64,000 nucleotides of DNA from Octopus sinensis (taxonomy: Eukaryota), in assembly GCF_006345805.1 (NCBI RefSeq), contig NC_043000.1:8122001-8186000 (forward strand). Direction: 5' to 3'. Numbering within the stretch: position 1 is the stretch's first letter; the number at the start of each line of letters is the position of its first letter. Of the stretch, positions 1 through 12,000 are shown piece after piece. The notes below the pieces were generated by a model. That model saw only the letters and a program-made list of their open reading frames with translations. It did not search any database and was not told the DNA's origin. The position numbers were made by a program, and so were the translations under genes.

Positions 1-131
1 AAAAATACCAACAGAAAACCAAATAAGAAACCACTGCCCTCTTCCCCACATCACCACCTCAATACTACTGCAGTAACAAAAACTTAAAGAAACATAGGAA
101 GCAGAATGCGCCCCCCACGGCACAAACAAGA

Positions 132-400
132 AATCCCCAAATATGCCGCTATTCACTGCGCCAGAGACTCTGCACAAATAGTGACTGCATCTTCATCACG
201 CATCTACCCGGCACTAGACGCACTACCGCCAAGGCCAAAGCACGCATCCCACAATAACATCAACACCACCAAATAGTAAATCGAAATTCAAAACACACAC
301 AACTCGGAGTCCCAAAATCTGCCGGTATTCCCAACGTGAGAGAACATGTCTACTGAGTGACTGTCCCTTCACTCATCTTCCAGGGACCCGACGCACAAAC
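132..400 (+). pseudogene. ORF1 remnant with two tandem CCCH-like zinc fingers
   Basis: 144-193 encodes CRYSLRQRLCTNSDCIFITH and 320-376 encodes CRYSQRERTCLLSDCPFTH. Both are followed by LPGTRR, and they lie in different frames. Confidence 0.6.
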
Positions 401-724
401 AGAAACAGGGCCTGAAGCCAACACACAAACCTGAATAAAATAAAAAATAGAACACACCATGCTGCAGTAATGCTGGTCCAGTCTTTTCAGGAAGACACAA
501 AACAACAACAACAAAAGTGGAAACTACAACCCTATCCAACAGTGCAACCACACCTCCAGCCAAAAACTGCTCCCTAAGCAGGAAAATTCTTTTTTAGCCA
601 TGTTGAACATGGCAAAAGAGATACGCAAAAACATTCTAGCCATCACTCAACACCATCCTATGCTATTACCCCTGCACCCAATCCCCACATTGCTGCCACT
701 AACACACACAAAAATCCAAGCCCC

Positions 725-3697
725 CTGCAACAGTCAAAACCAGCCACTACACTAACCTCCACATTCCTACTCAATGCACAAGGTGTCAGCCCTTCCATCA
801 ATGCACAAAAATGGAAGGTCCAATTCATTGAAGACTGGGTTGGTAACCATCCACACCACATCCCTTTCTTCATTCTCACTGAGACCCACCTTGACAACTC
901 CCACTTGGAAGCCGAAGTGAGAGTGAAGAATTTCACAACCATCCGCGCGGATCGTATCGGCAGGAGGAAGGGTGGAACTGCCATTTTCCTGCATGATTCA
1001 TTTACGGCAGATGGAAATAGTATATTCTCCAACGGCTACTGTGAATCAGTCACCGTGCACAACAAAGCCAATGACCTGACAGTAATTGGGCTCTATAGGC
1101 CGCCCCAAACACCCATACTGTGCTTTAAAGAATGCCTCAACAGCATTAAGTGCTTTATTCAACAGTGCCATTCTAGCAACATACTCATGATGGGAGACTT
1201 CAATCTACCCTGTGTTGACTGGACTACAAACTGTTTGAAACCAAGCACTCCCCCGCCTCAACCGCTGACAAAGAAGCAGCAGAGTCACTTTTCGACTTTA
1301 CGAATGAGTTTTTCTTGTCCCAACTTGTCCTTGCACCAACAAGACATCAGAACATTTTGGACCTAGTGTTTAGTAACCACACTAACACTATACATAACGT
1401 TACAGTGGAAAAAACCCTTCTTTCAGACCATGACATGGTTCTCTGTAACATGAAATTCCACCAGCGGAAAGCTAATCCCAGTGACCTTCCTCCAGCCCAC
1501 CCATTTGACAACATGGATCTCCATAAAGCCAACTGGGATGCAATCAGGAACGAGCTATCAAATGTTGACTGGTCCTTTACACATACACACATCTCCACCA
1601 ACCATAAAACATCTTGGCAGATCTTTGTAGACACCGTCACAGACATATGTGCAAAACACTCCCCACCAAGACCTGTGAACAAAAAGTGCAGAATCCACCA
1701 AACCAGAAAAACCATTATCAGAAAAATAAAAAGAACAAACAAAAAATTAACAAACTAAAGTACTGCCAACAGCAATACACCATTCGACGGCTATCGCACT
1801 GCTTGAATCCAAAAAATATAACCTCCAACAATGCATGAAGACCCTCATCAATAACCAAAGATCAGCTGAGGAGAAGTGGGCCATTGAAAAAATCAAACTC
1901 AACCCCAAGTGTTCTTTTCATTTGCGAGGAAACGCAGGGTCACTGTCCTCCACTGTAGGCCCTCTAATTGACGAAACTGGCACTCTCCAGATAATGCCAA
2001 ATCCATGGCCGAGATACTGCAGAAACAATACTGCTCTGTTTTCAGCAATCCTGATATGGCCGATCTGGGCTGTATCAGTGATGTCAACCCCCAACACACT
2101 ATATCGGACATAACGTTTAGTGCCCCTGATGTCTTAGCGGCGATAAACGAAATAAAACACAATTCAGTAGGCCCCGATAGATTCCCTGCTTGTGTCCTGA
2201 AGGTGTGTCGACACCAACTTGCATCTCCCCTTGCTAATCTGTGGAGAAACTCACTGGATGCTGGCTATATTCCAAAAAACCTTCTGTCCCAGTCTGTTGT
2301 CCCAGTTTTCAAAAAGGGAAACAAGTCCCTTGCAGTGAATTACCGCCCGATCTCACTCACCTCTCATATCATCAAGGTATTTGAGAGGGTGGTGAGATCT
2401 CGAATAACCCAATTTCTGGAAAGCAACAGACGGCTGATCTCCAACCAACATGGGTTCCGTAATGGAAGGGACTGCCTAACGCAGCTCCTGCATCACTTTG
2501 AGGACATTTTGAGAGCTTTGGAGAGGGCTCCAACACTGATGTCATCTACCTTGATTTCAGTAAGCCTTCGACAGGGTCGATCACAAGATCCTATTGAAAA
2601 AACTATCCAACATTGGTGTCTCTGGAAAGTTACTGAAATGGATTAAGTGTTTCCTGACAGACATCATCAACATGTTGTAGTTGAAGGGGTAAAATCAAGC
2701 CCAGCCAAAGTCAGTAGTGGCGTTCCGCAAGGCACTGTGCTGGGCCCACTTCTTTTCATCATTTACATTAATGACATTAATGACATCATCAAGCACATAG
2801 CCAACATAAAAATCTTTGCAGATGACTCCAAGCTACAGAAGGTCATAAATGAGGCGAGTGACCGGACATGCCTTCAGTCAGATCTACTGGCTGTTATCCA
2901 ATGGGCAGAAAAAAACAATATGCTGCTGAACGGGATAAATTTGAGCTAATCCACTTTGGAAAAGAGGATGCCCTGAAACTCCCATACTCCCTTCCTTCAG
3001 GTGAAACTCTCGTGCGTCCAACAACATCAGAGACTTGGGAGTAATTGTGGACAACAACGTAAGCTGGGCCACTCATAAAACACCAAAGTTGACATGGCTC
3101 GCAGAATGTGTTCCTGGATTCTCAGAACTTTCCAGTCGAGAGATATCCACACCATTATCCTTCTCTTCTCCACTTTTGCCCAACCCCACCTTGAATACTG
3201 TTGTCCACTGTGGTCTCCCCACAAATACAGGTATCATAAAAGTTGAAGCACCTCAAAGGGCAATCACAAAAAAGATAGATGGCATGACAGGCCTCGACTA
3301 TTGGGGTCGGCTAGAAAAGCTAAAACTCTATTCTCTCCAACGTCGTCGTGAGTGCTACATCATCTGCATGATGTGGAAAATATTCCATCAGCATTGCCCA
3401 AATGATGTTGGCATCACCTTTAAGGTGCATCCAAGGCTTGGGCCCCGTGCCATCCGCCCAAAACAAAAATCGCACTCTCATCTCATAACAACAATACGGC
3501 ACAATTATTTCACCTCAATTGGCCCCGCTCTCTTTAACATTACACCAAAAAACATTAAAACAGAAACTGACCCTATAGGGTTCAAGAAGTCTTTGGACAG
3601 ATTCCTTCAAGAAATCCCGGATAAACCCCCTACACCTGGATATGTCTCTGTAAACAATAACTCTCTACTTGAGTGGGCCATAGTGCCCAAATTCTGA
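725..3697 (+). pseudogene. LINE ORF2 (AP endonuclease + reverse transcriptase), split by multiple frameshifts
   Basis: Track ORFs 905-1366, 1315-1758, 1835-2113, 2005-2646, 2647-2949 and 3035-3697 are successive frames of one APE-RT polyprotein. Confidence 0.9.
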
Positions 3698-3779
3698 CTT
3701 GAAAGACTTCACCAGGTGGTGCTATTAAGTTAGACATGGCCTGGGCCAATAATGGCCGAAACCTATCAAAGTATCAAAG

Positions 3780-3780
<1 letters not shown>

Positions 3781-3811
<31 letters not shown>

Positions 3812-3848
3812 GTGTATATATATATGTATATATGTATGTATGTATGTA

Positions 3849-3923
<75 letters not shown>

Positions 3924-4023
3924 ATATGTTATATATATACATATATATATATATATACATACACACACCACATATATATATATATATACATTATACATAT
4001 ATCATATATATATATGTATATGC
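3781..4023. repeat. (TA)n/(TATG)n compound microsatellite
   Basis: Direct reading. Confidence 0.95.
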
Positions 4024-4240
4024 TTGTGTGTCTGTATTTCCCCACCCTCACCATTGCTTGACAACCAACACTGGTGTGTTTATTTCCCTGTAACCTAGCA
4101 GTTCAGCAAAAGAGAACAATAGAATAAGTACATGGCTTACGAAGAATAAGTCTTGGGTTGATTTCTTTGACCAAAACCCTTTAAGGCAGTGCTCCAGCAT
4201 GGCCGCAGTCAAATGACGGAATCGGGTAAAAGAATAAAGA
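4024..4240 (+). mobile_element. SINE family A, 3' half
   Basis: Matches the 3' half of the full copies at 29986-30385 and 37095-37531 (cttgacaacc...ctggtgtgttt...gctccagcatggccgcagtcaaatgac). Confidence 0.8.
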
Positions 4241-4269
4241 ATATATACACGCATATGTGTGTGTGTGTG

Positions 4270-4535
4270 TGTGCATGTTTATTTGTGTTTCCTTGTTTTG
4301 ACATAATGTGAAAGTTGTAAATGACCGTCATTCTCATAAATCCATGTTATTCATTTCCAGTATTCTGTGCAAAGTCATGTCTGGTCATGAGAAAATATTA
4401 TCTTGTTCGGAATAGAAGCAAGTGAAGGTTGGTGACAGGGAGAACATCCAACTGTAGAAAATCTGCCACGCAAATCTCTGCCAGACTCATGCAAGCATAG
4501 AAGAAATGGATATAAAAATGATGATGACAAGGTCA

Positions 4536-4570
<35 letters not shown>

Positions 4571-4600
4571 GTTGACGGTGATGATTATGATGATGATTTA
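4270..4600 (+). mobile_element. SINE tail module with RTE-like 3' end and (GAT)n tail
   Basis: Homologous to 18540-18790, 30590-30820 and 5050-5270 (-). Ends ...catgcaagcatagaa...aaaatgatgatg. Confidence 0.65.
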
Positions 4601-5296
4601 TTGGAGAAAATACTTTTCTAAGAAAATAGCAGTCAGCACTTGGTAAATGATTGAAAGAGTTGATTTATCAGGTAACCACAGATTGACATTTCAGCTATGT
4701 AGCTGAAAAAATATTTAACAGCGCATAAAACAGCTTCAGTATATTTACATGTGCAATGGAATAAAAATAAAATTAATTGATGATTAGTATTTGCTTTTCA
4801 TTGATAAGTGCAAAAGACAACTGTAGACATGCCCCTCCCCCCCTTTGAAGGCTCTTTAGTGATGTATGAAGAAGCAAATCATTGAGGATGTACAATAAAT
4901 CATACACATTTTTGGCATGAAGTAAGAGAAATACAGACAGATTACGTTTATCTTGGACACTATTAGCGCTATTAGTGTGTGTGTATTTGTCTTCCCCACT
5001 ATTGAAGTAGACTTTATGACCATATATGTCCAAGCCTGTTAAAATCACATTTTTATCATTATCATTGTTGTCTCCACCCTCTTTTCTATGTTTGCATGGG
5101 TCAGATGGAAATCATTGTAGCAGATTTTTCTAAGGTCAGACGTCTTTTCCAACTGCCAACTTCATCTCATAATTTCTCCCATGGCCAGACATGTTTTCTC
5201 AGAACATTGGAAATGACCAGCATTGCTTGCTTGATGGTGATGCTCATTTACAACTATCACATGATTTCAAGACAAGGACACACACACACACACGAT

Positions 5297-5548
5297 GAGC
5301 TTCTTTCAGTTTCTTATTTCTTTACTGCCCACAAGGGGCTAAACATAGAGGGGACAAATAAAGACAGACAAACGGATTAAGTCGATTACATCGACCCCAG
5401 TGCATGACTGCTACTTAATTTATTGACCCCGAAAGGATGAAAGGCAAAGTTGACCTCAGCGGAATTTGAACTCAGAACGTAATGGCAGACGAAATACAGC
5501 AAAGCATTTCCCCCAGCGTGCTAACGTTTCTACCGGCTCGCCGCCTTC
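5297..5548 (-). mobile_element. SINE family B
   Basis: Reverse complement of the 56193-56430 copy. Confidence 0.85.
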
Positions 5549-6143
5549 TTTCAGTTTCTATCAACCAAATCCACTCATAAAGCTTTGGTTGGCCCAGGGT
5601 TATAGTAGAAGACATTTACCCAAAGTGCCACATTATAGGACTGAACCCAAAACCATGTGATTGGGAGTGAACTTCTCAACTACACAATCATGTTCGCACC
5701 CATAACCAAACATTAGTTATTTTGTATGTTTATTTTGTAAATACTTCGTTTCTGATCTCTATCAAAATATTTAATCACAAATCTACCCAGAGATAATTTC
5801 AAGAGCACTGTTGACAAATGCCTCATGTTGCTATAGCACTGCATAAAAGCAGGATTTAGTGGGTATTTTTATTGGCTTAGACATACATCCTGTTATAGCA
5901 CTTGTCATTATTAAGCTAGTGCTAGAAACGTAAATTAACATGTATTTTGATGGAGGGTCCTTCTTTAGATAACCTTAGAATATGCAAGTTTGTATCATAG
6001 AACCAGGCGCAATCTCATGAAATCTAGAGAATATCAGAAAACTAGTTACTACACTCCTGCCAATTTTGCATTGCTTGTGCTGCTAGTTGTAGATCAGAGT
6101 AGACTCACTTGATTGCAGAGACTGTTTGATTTCAGCTAATTCC

Positions 6144-6175
<32 letters not shown>

Positions 6176-6221
6176 TGTATGTATGTATTTATGTATGTAT
6201 GTATGTACGTATGTATGTAAA

Positions 6222-6525
6222 GTTTATTTGCCAACATAATATGGCAGTCCTGAATAGGACTATTTTACTACATTTTAACCCCAGAAAAAACATCTTTTCC
6301 AGCTGGTTCATCAACACATGATCTGTGTCCAAGTAAGGAGGCTTACTACTCCCTTCTAGCCATTGGCAGTACCAGCAGACCAATGGTTTCTGGTTAATTT
6401 CTCTTCTTTGGTACTGGGCAACTGCCTGCCTAGAGACAGCCGACCTTACTCACAGTATATACTTATCTAAGTGACTGTCAGCCGCTGATCTCACAAGGAG
6501 AAAAACAACTAGTTTTAATCTCTAA
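6222..6525 (-). mobile_element. Decayed member of the ~360-bp hammerhead-bearing repeat family
   Basis: Homologous to 23526-24530 (gccaac...atggcagtcc...ggac...catcttttccagctgg...ctgtgtcc; gctgatctc...ggagaaa...actag). Decayed hammerhead motif at 6373-6416 (-). Confidence 0.65.
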
Positions 6526-6723
6526 TTGACATCTACACTGGCGAAAATAAATTTAAGACTGATGATAAAAGTTCTATTTCTTACAAAATATTTTGTTATT
6601 AACACCATACAAATTATACAAATTATTATCTTTTACACCTAATGCAGAATTTATTTCTCTTTCGAATGATGCAGACAATAACTATTTTTATACAACTTGA
6701 AAAATTCTATTGCTAAATTAATA

Positions 6724-7096
6724 TCTCTCTCTTTATCCGCTCAGTCGAAGTCGACTCTCGGTCACTCGTTGGATCAGTGTCCTCCAGTTAGTTCTATCCT
6801 GGGCCACTTCTTTCAGATTGGCTATGTCCATTCCAGTATCACTCTTGATGGTGTCAAGCCAGCGGGTTCTTGGTTGACCTCTTCCTCTCTTGCCACTGAC
6901 CATTCCGAGCATGATGTCATTCTCCAGGGATTTTCTCTGCATAATATGACCGAAATATGCCAATCTATGCTCTGTGATCCTAGCTTCTAGCGGCATTTTC
7001 GGCCTTATCTGCTTAAGAACTTCTCCATTGGTGAGCCTCGCTGTCCATGGAATTCGTGAAAGTCTTCTCCAACACCAAAGCTCGAATGCACTAATA
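6724..7096 (-). mobile_element. RTE (BovB-like) LINE, 3' fragment
   Basis: Open frame ISAFELWCWRRLSRIPWTAR...LAYFGHIMQR...GKRGRGQPRTRWLDTIK...AQDRTNWR, the typical RTE C-terminus. Confidence 0.9.
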
Positions 7097-8661
7097 TAAG
7101 CGTTTCAAATTTACCGCAAAATTAGTTTTACATTCTGAGTTCAAATGCTACCAAGGTTGACTTTACTTACATCCTTGTTGAGGTTTATAAATTAAGAGCT
7201 AAGGGAGCACTGGGGTTGATGTAATCAGCTAGCTCCTCCCCACCCAAATTTCAGTCTTTATGTTTATAGTAGAAAGGAATATATCTCATGGTTGGAATAC
7301 TTAAAAAAAAAAATTGTTTTAGAATCAAATAAGAAGGAAAGGGATGTTGAGGTGATGAAAGGGAAAGAGAAGAGAGAAATAGAAGAAGCAGCTGAACTGG
7401 TGGTGGAGATGCGAAGGTGAAATATAAAGTGGAATACTTACAAAATTGGTGCTGATGTTTACTCATCTATATGTAATGCAATTATTGTTGCATGAAATAC
7501 CAAATAAATTTGGTGGCTGACACTATTTCCTGCACTAATCATTCTAGAATAATTTAATTAGAATTTAAGAAATTTCTCAGATTATTGACTGCAGAGTCAT
7601 GGGAGTAAGAGCCTAATTTCTTGGAAACGTAACTAATTTGATCTTAAATAAGATCAAGTAAGAGGAAATATTTTCTGACATCTGCTGTATAGATATATAT
7701 CAAAAGAAATCATTATTACTTACATCAATATTATCATAATTATTATTGTTTTTTTTATATTTGCTATTTTTTCATTGATAGCAACTAGGATAAATTGTTG
7801 CATTTAATAACTAATTAATTTAGTCCTTGGTAAATTTTCACTTCATCCCTTCAAAAATGAATGAAAATAAAATGGAAATAATTATGACTGAATTGTGAAA
7901 ACTTAAAACAGTAAAAGTGTCTAACTGTTTAAATGGTTGTCATATATTGCAGCATATTCTATCAGTCCGTATATATATATATTTAATTTTCTGGGAATAT
8001 AGTAAGCAATGATTTGGTAGAATCATTAAAGCATCAGAAGAAATTACCTTGTGATATTGACACATAATATGCATGTGATATGGATCATACATTAATTCAT
8101 TGAAGCATCGGTTTCACTTCAGAATATCAGACAGAATTCTATTTCCAAGAACTGGCTTGCTGTATTTTTGGCAATCACATTTCCTCATAGAACATCCTCT
8201 CAGGCATTTATTACCTGCATATATATTTATCAACTAAAATTTGTCATGTCTACTGCAGGCTTTGCAAATCTCATGCTGGTATTTTCAAACCATTTATATG
8301 TGCAAGACAAAATTGTTGATGGAGAAACAAAATATTTATGCAGCAAATATGAAACATTTATAAGCAATAATTTGAGATCAAAAAGAACATCTAATCCAGT
8401 GATGGGAATTTAATTACCAAATCTTTCCTACAGGGTTTTTCACTTTCATCAATATAACCAATAAATATATGTACCTGATTTGAGAGAGAAGGGAAAGCCA
8501 TAAACTTATTACGGTGTACATGATTGTGCATTTGGCTGGTGGCTAAACGATATCTAATTTGGTTCCTTTCAGTGAGTTTCATGTTCTTTCATGAACTCAG
8601 AGTTGTTGTTTTACACACTATTAATGTCTAATATTGTTTATACTAAACTTACTTTATATGC

Positions 8662-8698
<37 letters not shown>

Positions 8699-8700
<2 letters not shown>

Positions 8701-9005
8701 GGGTGTGAGGGGTATTTGAGGACAGTTTTACAATAAAACAACTATATTTACGCATAAATAAATATATATTTGAATAAACATTTGTATAATTAGTCTTGAT
8801 AATGATTTTTAAAGCAAATTATTCAATTACTCTATGAAACTGCCTTCGACTTCGATGACTGCTTCAATGCGGGACTTAGACCACTGGCCCGCTGACACTA
8901 TGTGGTCCTTATTCATTTCAGACATCACCTGGATAATGGTGGCCCTCTGTGAAGCTATGGTATTATGAGGATTATGATTAGTCTCCCTTTTAACAGTGCT
9001 CCACT
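8699..9005 (-). mobile_element. Tc1/mariner 3' end (possibly maT/DD37D-like) with terminal repeat
   Basis: Minus strand encodes WSTVKRETNHNPHNTIASQRATIIQVMSEMNKDHIV...SRIEAVIEVEGSFIE* (stop 8827-8829). The end CAGGGTG lies next to (TA)n. Confidence 0.7.
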
Positions 9006-9146
9006 CTCATAGTGGTTGGCATTAGGAAAGGCATCTAGCTGTAGACACTCTGCCAGATCAGATTGAAGCCTTGTGCAGCCATCTGGTTCGCCAGACCTCA
9101 GTCAAATTGTCCAACCCATGCTAGCTTGGAAAGCAGATGTTAAAAG
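9003..9146 (+). mobile_element. RTE 3'-UTR-derived short repeat
   Basis: gtggttggcattaggaaaggcatc...aacccatgctagc, matching the 3' UTR of the RTE at 37921-38506. Confidence 0.8.
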
Positions 9147-9151
9147 AAAAA

Positions 9152-9182
<31 letters not shown>

Positions 9183-9509
9183 TAATAAATGAGGGTGCAA
9201 AATAGTACCTACAATTGCTAGAAATGAGAGCTAAAATTTAACTTGAACAGCCACACAAAAGCACTGACCTCATGAAAGCCACAACCTTTTCTCTTTGGTG
9301 AGATACACTCACAGAATGAAGTAGTTTGATAAAACATTTTCCCATGATTTCGAAATTTGATCAATAAGATCTTTTTACTCAGAGGATTCCACAATTATTC
9401 CAGATTAAAAGAGATAGTCTCCTATTTGTTCATGAGAAAAAAACTTTTGAAAAGCAAGTGCTAAAATTCAAATGTAAATGTGGTAAGTAGTATTGCTAGA
9501 TAAGTATGA

Positions 9510-9557
<48 letters not shown>

Positions 9558-9560
9558 CTG

Positions 9561-10570
9561 TGCAGAAGTGTGCACTGAGAGTTTAACTATTGATGAAATA
9601 GTTCTTATTTCCTCCTTCAAATTCATTTTAATTCTATTCAGTACTTTCTAGAACAAATCCAGTATCATTTTAGATTTTTCTATGAGAAATGGTTTCTCAA
9701 CCCTTCTTTATTTCAAAAGAAAGGACCAGTGTGAGAAACCCCCTGTTATTCTTCAAACAGTTCTACACAGTTAGTTTGAAGAGATTTGAGAGAGAGAAAG
9801 TGAGGATAGAATCAACCCTAACAATTAACTGCTGTTTTATTTGGTAATGCTGGAAGGGTAAAGTGCAAAGTTAATCTTTAATGGATTTGAACTCAGAGCA
9901 CATGGAGAGTTGGAATAAAGACTGCAAACCTTTCAACCCAACACTCTAATAACACTGCCAATTCGCCACCTATAGTTATTATATTGTATAAACAAAATAA
10001 CTCCAACATCTGAGAGGAATCTTGTGATGGCCCATGTCAGCAAAAATCAATCTGTAAAGTTTGTAAATTAGGATAGAGGAGAAGAGTTCTACAGAAGTAT
10101 GGAAACTTCATACGTGATAAGAACTTATCCTAATTCACAAACTTCTCTTGAATGGTATGGAAAAGTTCCAACATCCCAGCCTAATGCATCGGGAAAAGTT
10201 TGACATGATACAACTATCTGATGGGTTGTTGGGTGAATCCCAAAGACTTCATTTTCATATTATGACTTGAGGGCAAGTCAGCCTGGTAAAATGTCTACCT
10301 GTCTGTTGGTCTGTTGGTCTGTTAGTCTGTTTGTCTGTCTGTCTGTCTGTCTGTTTCTGGGTTGTTAATTATGGTTGGAAACAGCACATGGAAGAGATCA
10401 GCTGATGAAGTAAAACAATAGTTGGCAACTGCAGTATTTAAAACAGTGTTTATTTAATTTTATCGATTAGTGTCTTGTCAGATGGCTAAGTCTGTCTATT
10501 TTGGGTGTAACAGGGCATAATGAACAGATTTGTGCATTGATTTATATGTATATGTATGTATATATATATA

Positions 10571-10609
<39 letters not shown>

Positions 10610-11601
10610 CAGAAGTGTGCACTGAGAGTTTAACTATTGATGAAATAGTTCTTATTTCCTCCTTCAAATTCATTTTAATTCTATTCAGTACTTTCTAGAA
10701 CAAATCCAGTATCATTTTAGATTTTTCTATGAGAAATGGTTTCTCAACCCTTCTTTATTTCAAAAGAAAGGACCAGTGTGAGAAACCCCCTGTTATTCTT
10801 CAAACAGTTCTACACAGTTAGTTTGAAGAGATTTGAGAGAGAGAAAGTGAGGATAGAATCAACCCTAACAATTAACTGCTGTTTTATTTGGTAATGCTGG
10901 AAGGGTAAAGTGCAAAGTTAATCTTTAATGGATTTGAACTCAGAGCATATAGAGAGTTGGAATAAAGACTGCAAACCTTTCAACCCAACACTCTAATAAC
11001 ACTGCCAATTCGCCACCTATAGTTATTATATTGTATAAACAAAATAACTCCAACATCTGAGAGGAATCTTGTGATGGCCCATGTCAGCAAAAATCAATCT
11101 GTAAAGTTTGTAAATTAGGGTAGAGGAGAAGAGTTCTACAGAAGTATGGAAACTTCATACGTGATAAGAACTTATCCTAATTCACAAACTTCTCTTGAAT
11201 GGTATGGAAAAGTTCCAACATCCCAGCCTAATGCATCGGAAAAAGTTTGACATGATACAACTATCTGATGGGTTGTTGGGTGAATCCCAAAGACTTCATT
11301 TTCATATTATGACTTGAGGGCAAGTCAGCCTGGTAAAATGTCTACCTGTCTGTTGGTCTGTTGGTCTGTTAGTCTGTTTGTCTGTCTGTCTGTCTGTTTC
11401 TGGGTTGTTAATTATGGTTGGAAACAGCACATGGAAGAGATCAGCTGATGAAGTAAAACAATAGTTGGCAACTGCAGTATTTAAAACAGTGTTTATTTAA
11501 TTTTATCGATTAGTGTCTTGTCAGATGGCTAAGTCTGTCTATTTTGGGTGTAACAGGGCATAATGAACAGATTTGTGCATTGATTTATATGTATATGTAT
11601 G

Positions 11602-11650
<49 letters not shown>
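9561..11650 (+). repeat. Near-identical tandem duplication, unit ~1045 bp, bounded by (TG)n/(TA)n
   Basis: 9561-10607 vs 10608-~11650. About 4 substitutions plus a 4-bp (CTGT) indel seen. Confidence 0.95.
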
Positions 11651-11660
<10 letters not shown>

Positions 11661-11757
11661 GTATGTTTGTATGTTTATATATACATATATATAGATAGAT
11701 ATACATATATATACATATGTATGCATATATATATACATATGTATATATATAAATATG

Positions 11758-11807
<50 letters not shown>

Positions 11808-11829
11808 GTTTTTGTTTTTTTTTAATCTG

Positions 11830-12000
11830 TGAAACTTGAAGCAAATAGAACTATAAATAACAGCATGTAAATATTGGGTTTAAAAACTCTTTGGACAAGA
11901 AAAAAACAAACAAAAGTAACCTTTGACTTTTTCTATCCAATAGATGTTTAATCCAATATTTACATGCTGTTATTTATAGCTTTGTTTGCTTCAAGTTTCA
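11830..12000. mobile_element. MITE-like element with ~48-bp terminal inverted repeats
   Basis: 11830-11877 vs the reverse complement of 11953-12000, 3 mismatches. Confidence 0.7.

Larger units (their letters stand above)
1..3780 (+). mobile_element. CR1-group non-LTR retrotransposon (LINE): ORF1 remnant, frameshifted APE-RT ORF2, 3' UTR and short-repeat tail; the 5' end may lie outside the window
   Basis: APE motifs LLNAQGV, LTETHL, RADR..RKGG, GLYRPP and MGDFNLP (~755-1210). RT motifs NYRPISLTSH, QHGFR, D-F-S-K-[A]-FD (frameshifted), GVPQGTVLGPLLF and FADD (~2340-2830). CR1-type C-terminus EYCCPLWSP, LYSLQRRRE and NSLLEWA, stop at 3697. Tail atcaaagt-atcaaagt runs into (TA)n. Confidence 0.9.

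Noticed and set aside
3774-4098. ORFs rich in YI/HT/VC/MY here and at 11.5, 12.8, 24.5, 36.6, 53.8, 54.3 and 56.8 kb
   Set aside because: Translations of (TA)n, (TACA)n and (TG)n microsatellites.
8040-8220. Cys-rich minus-strand peptide NKCLRGCSMRKCDCQK as an exon
   Set aside because: Short, ends in a stop, weak acceptor, and no recognisable domain spacing.
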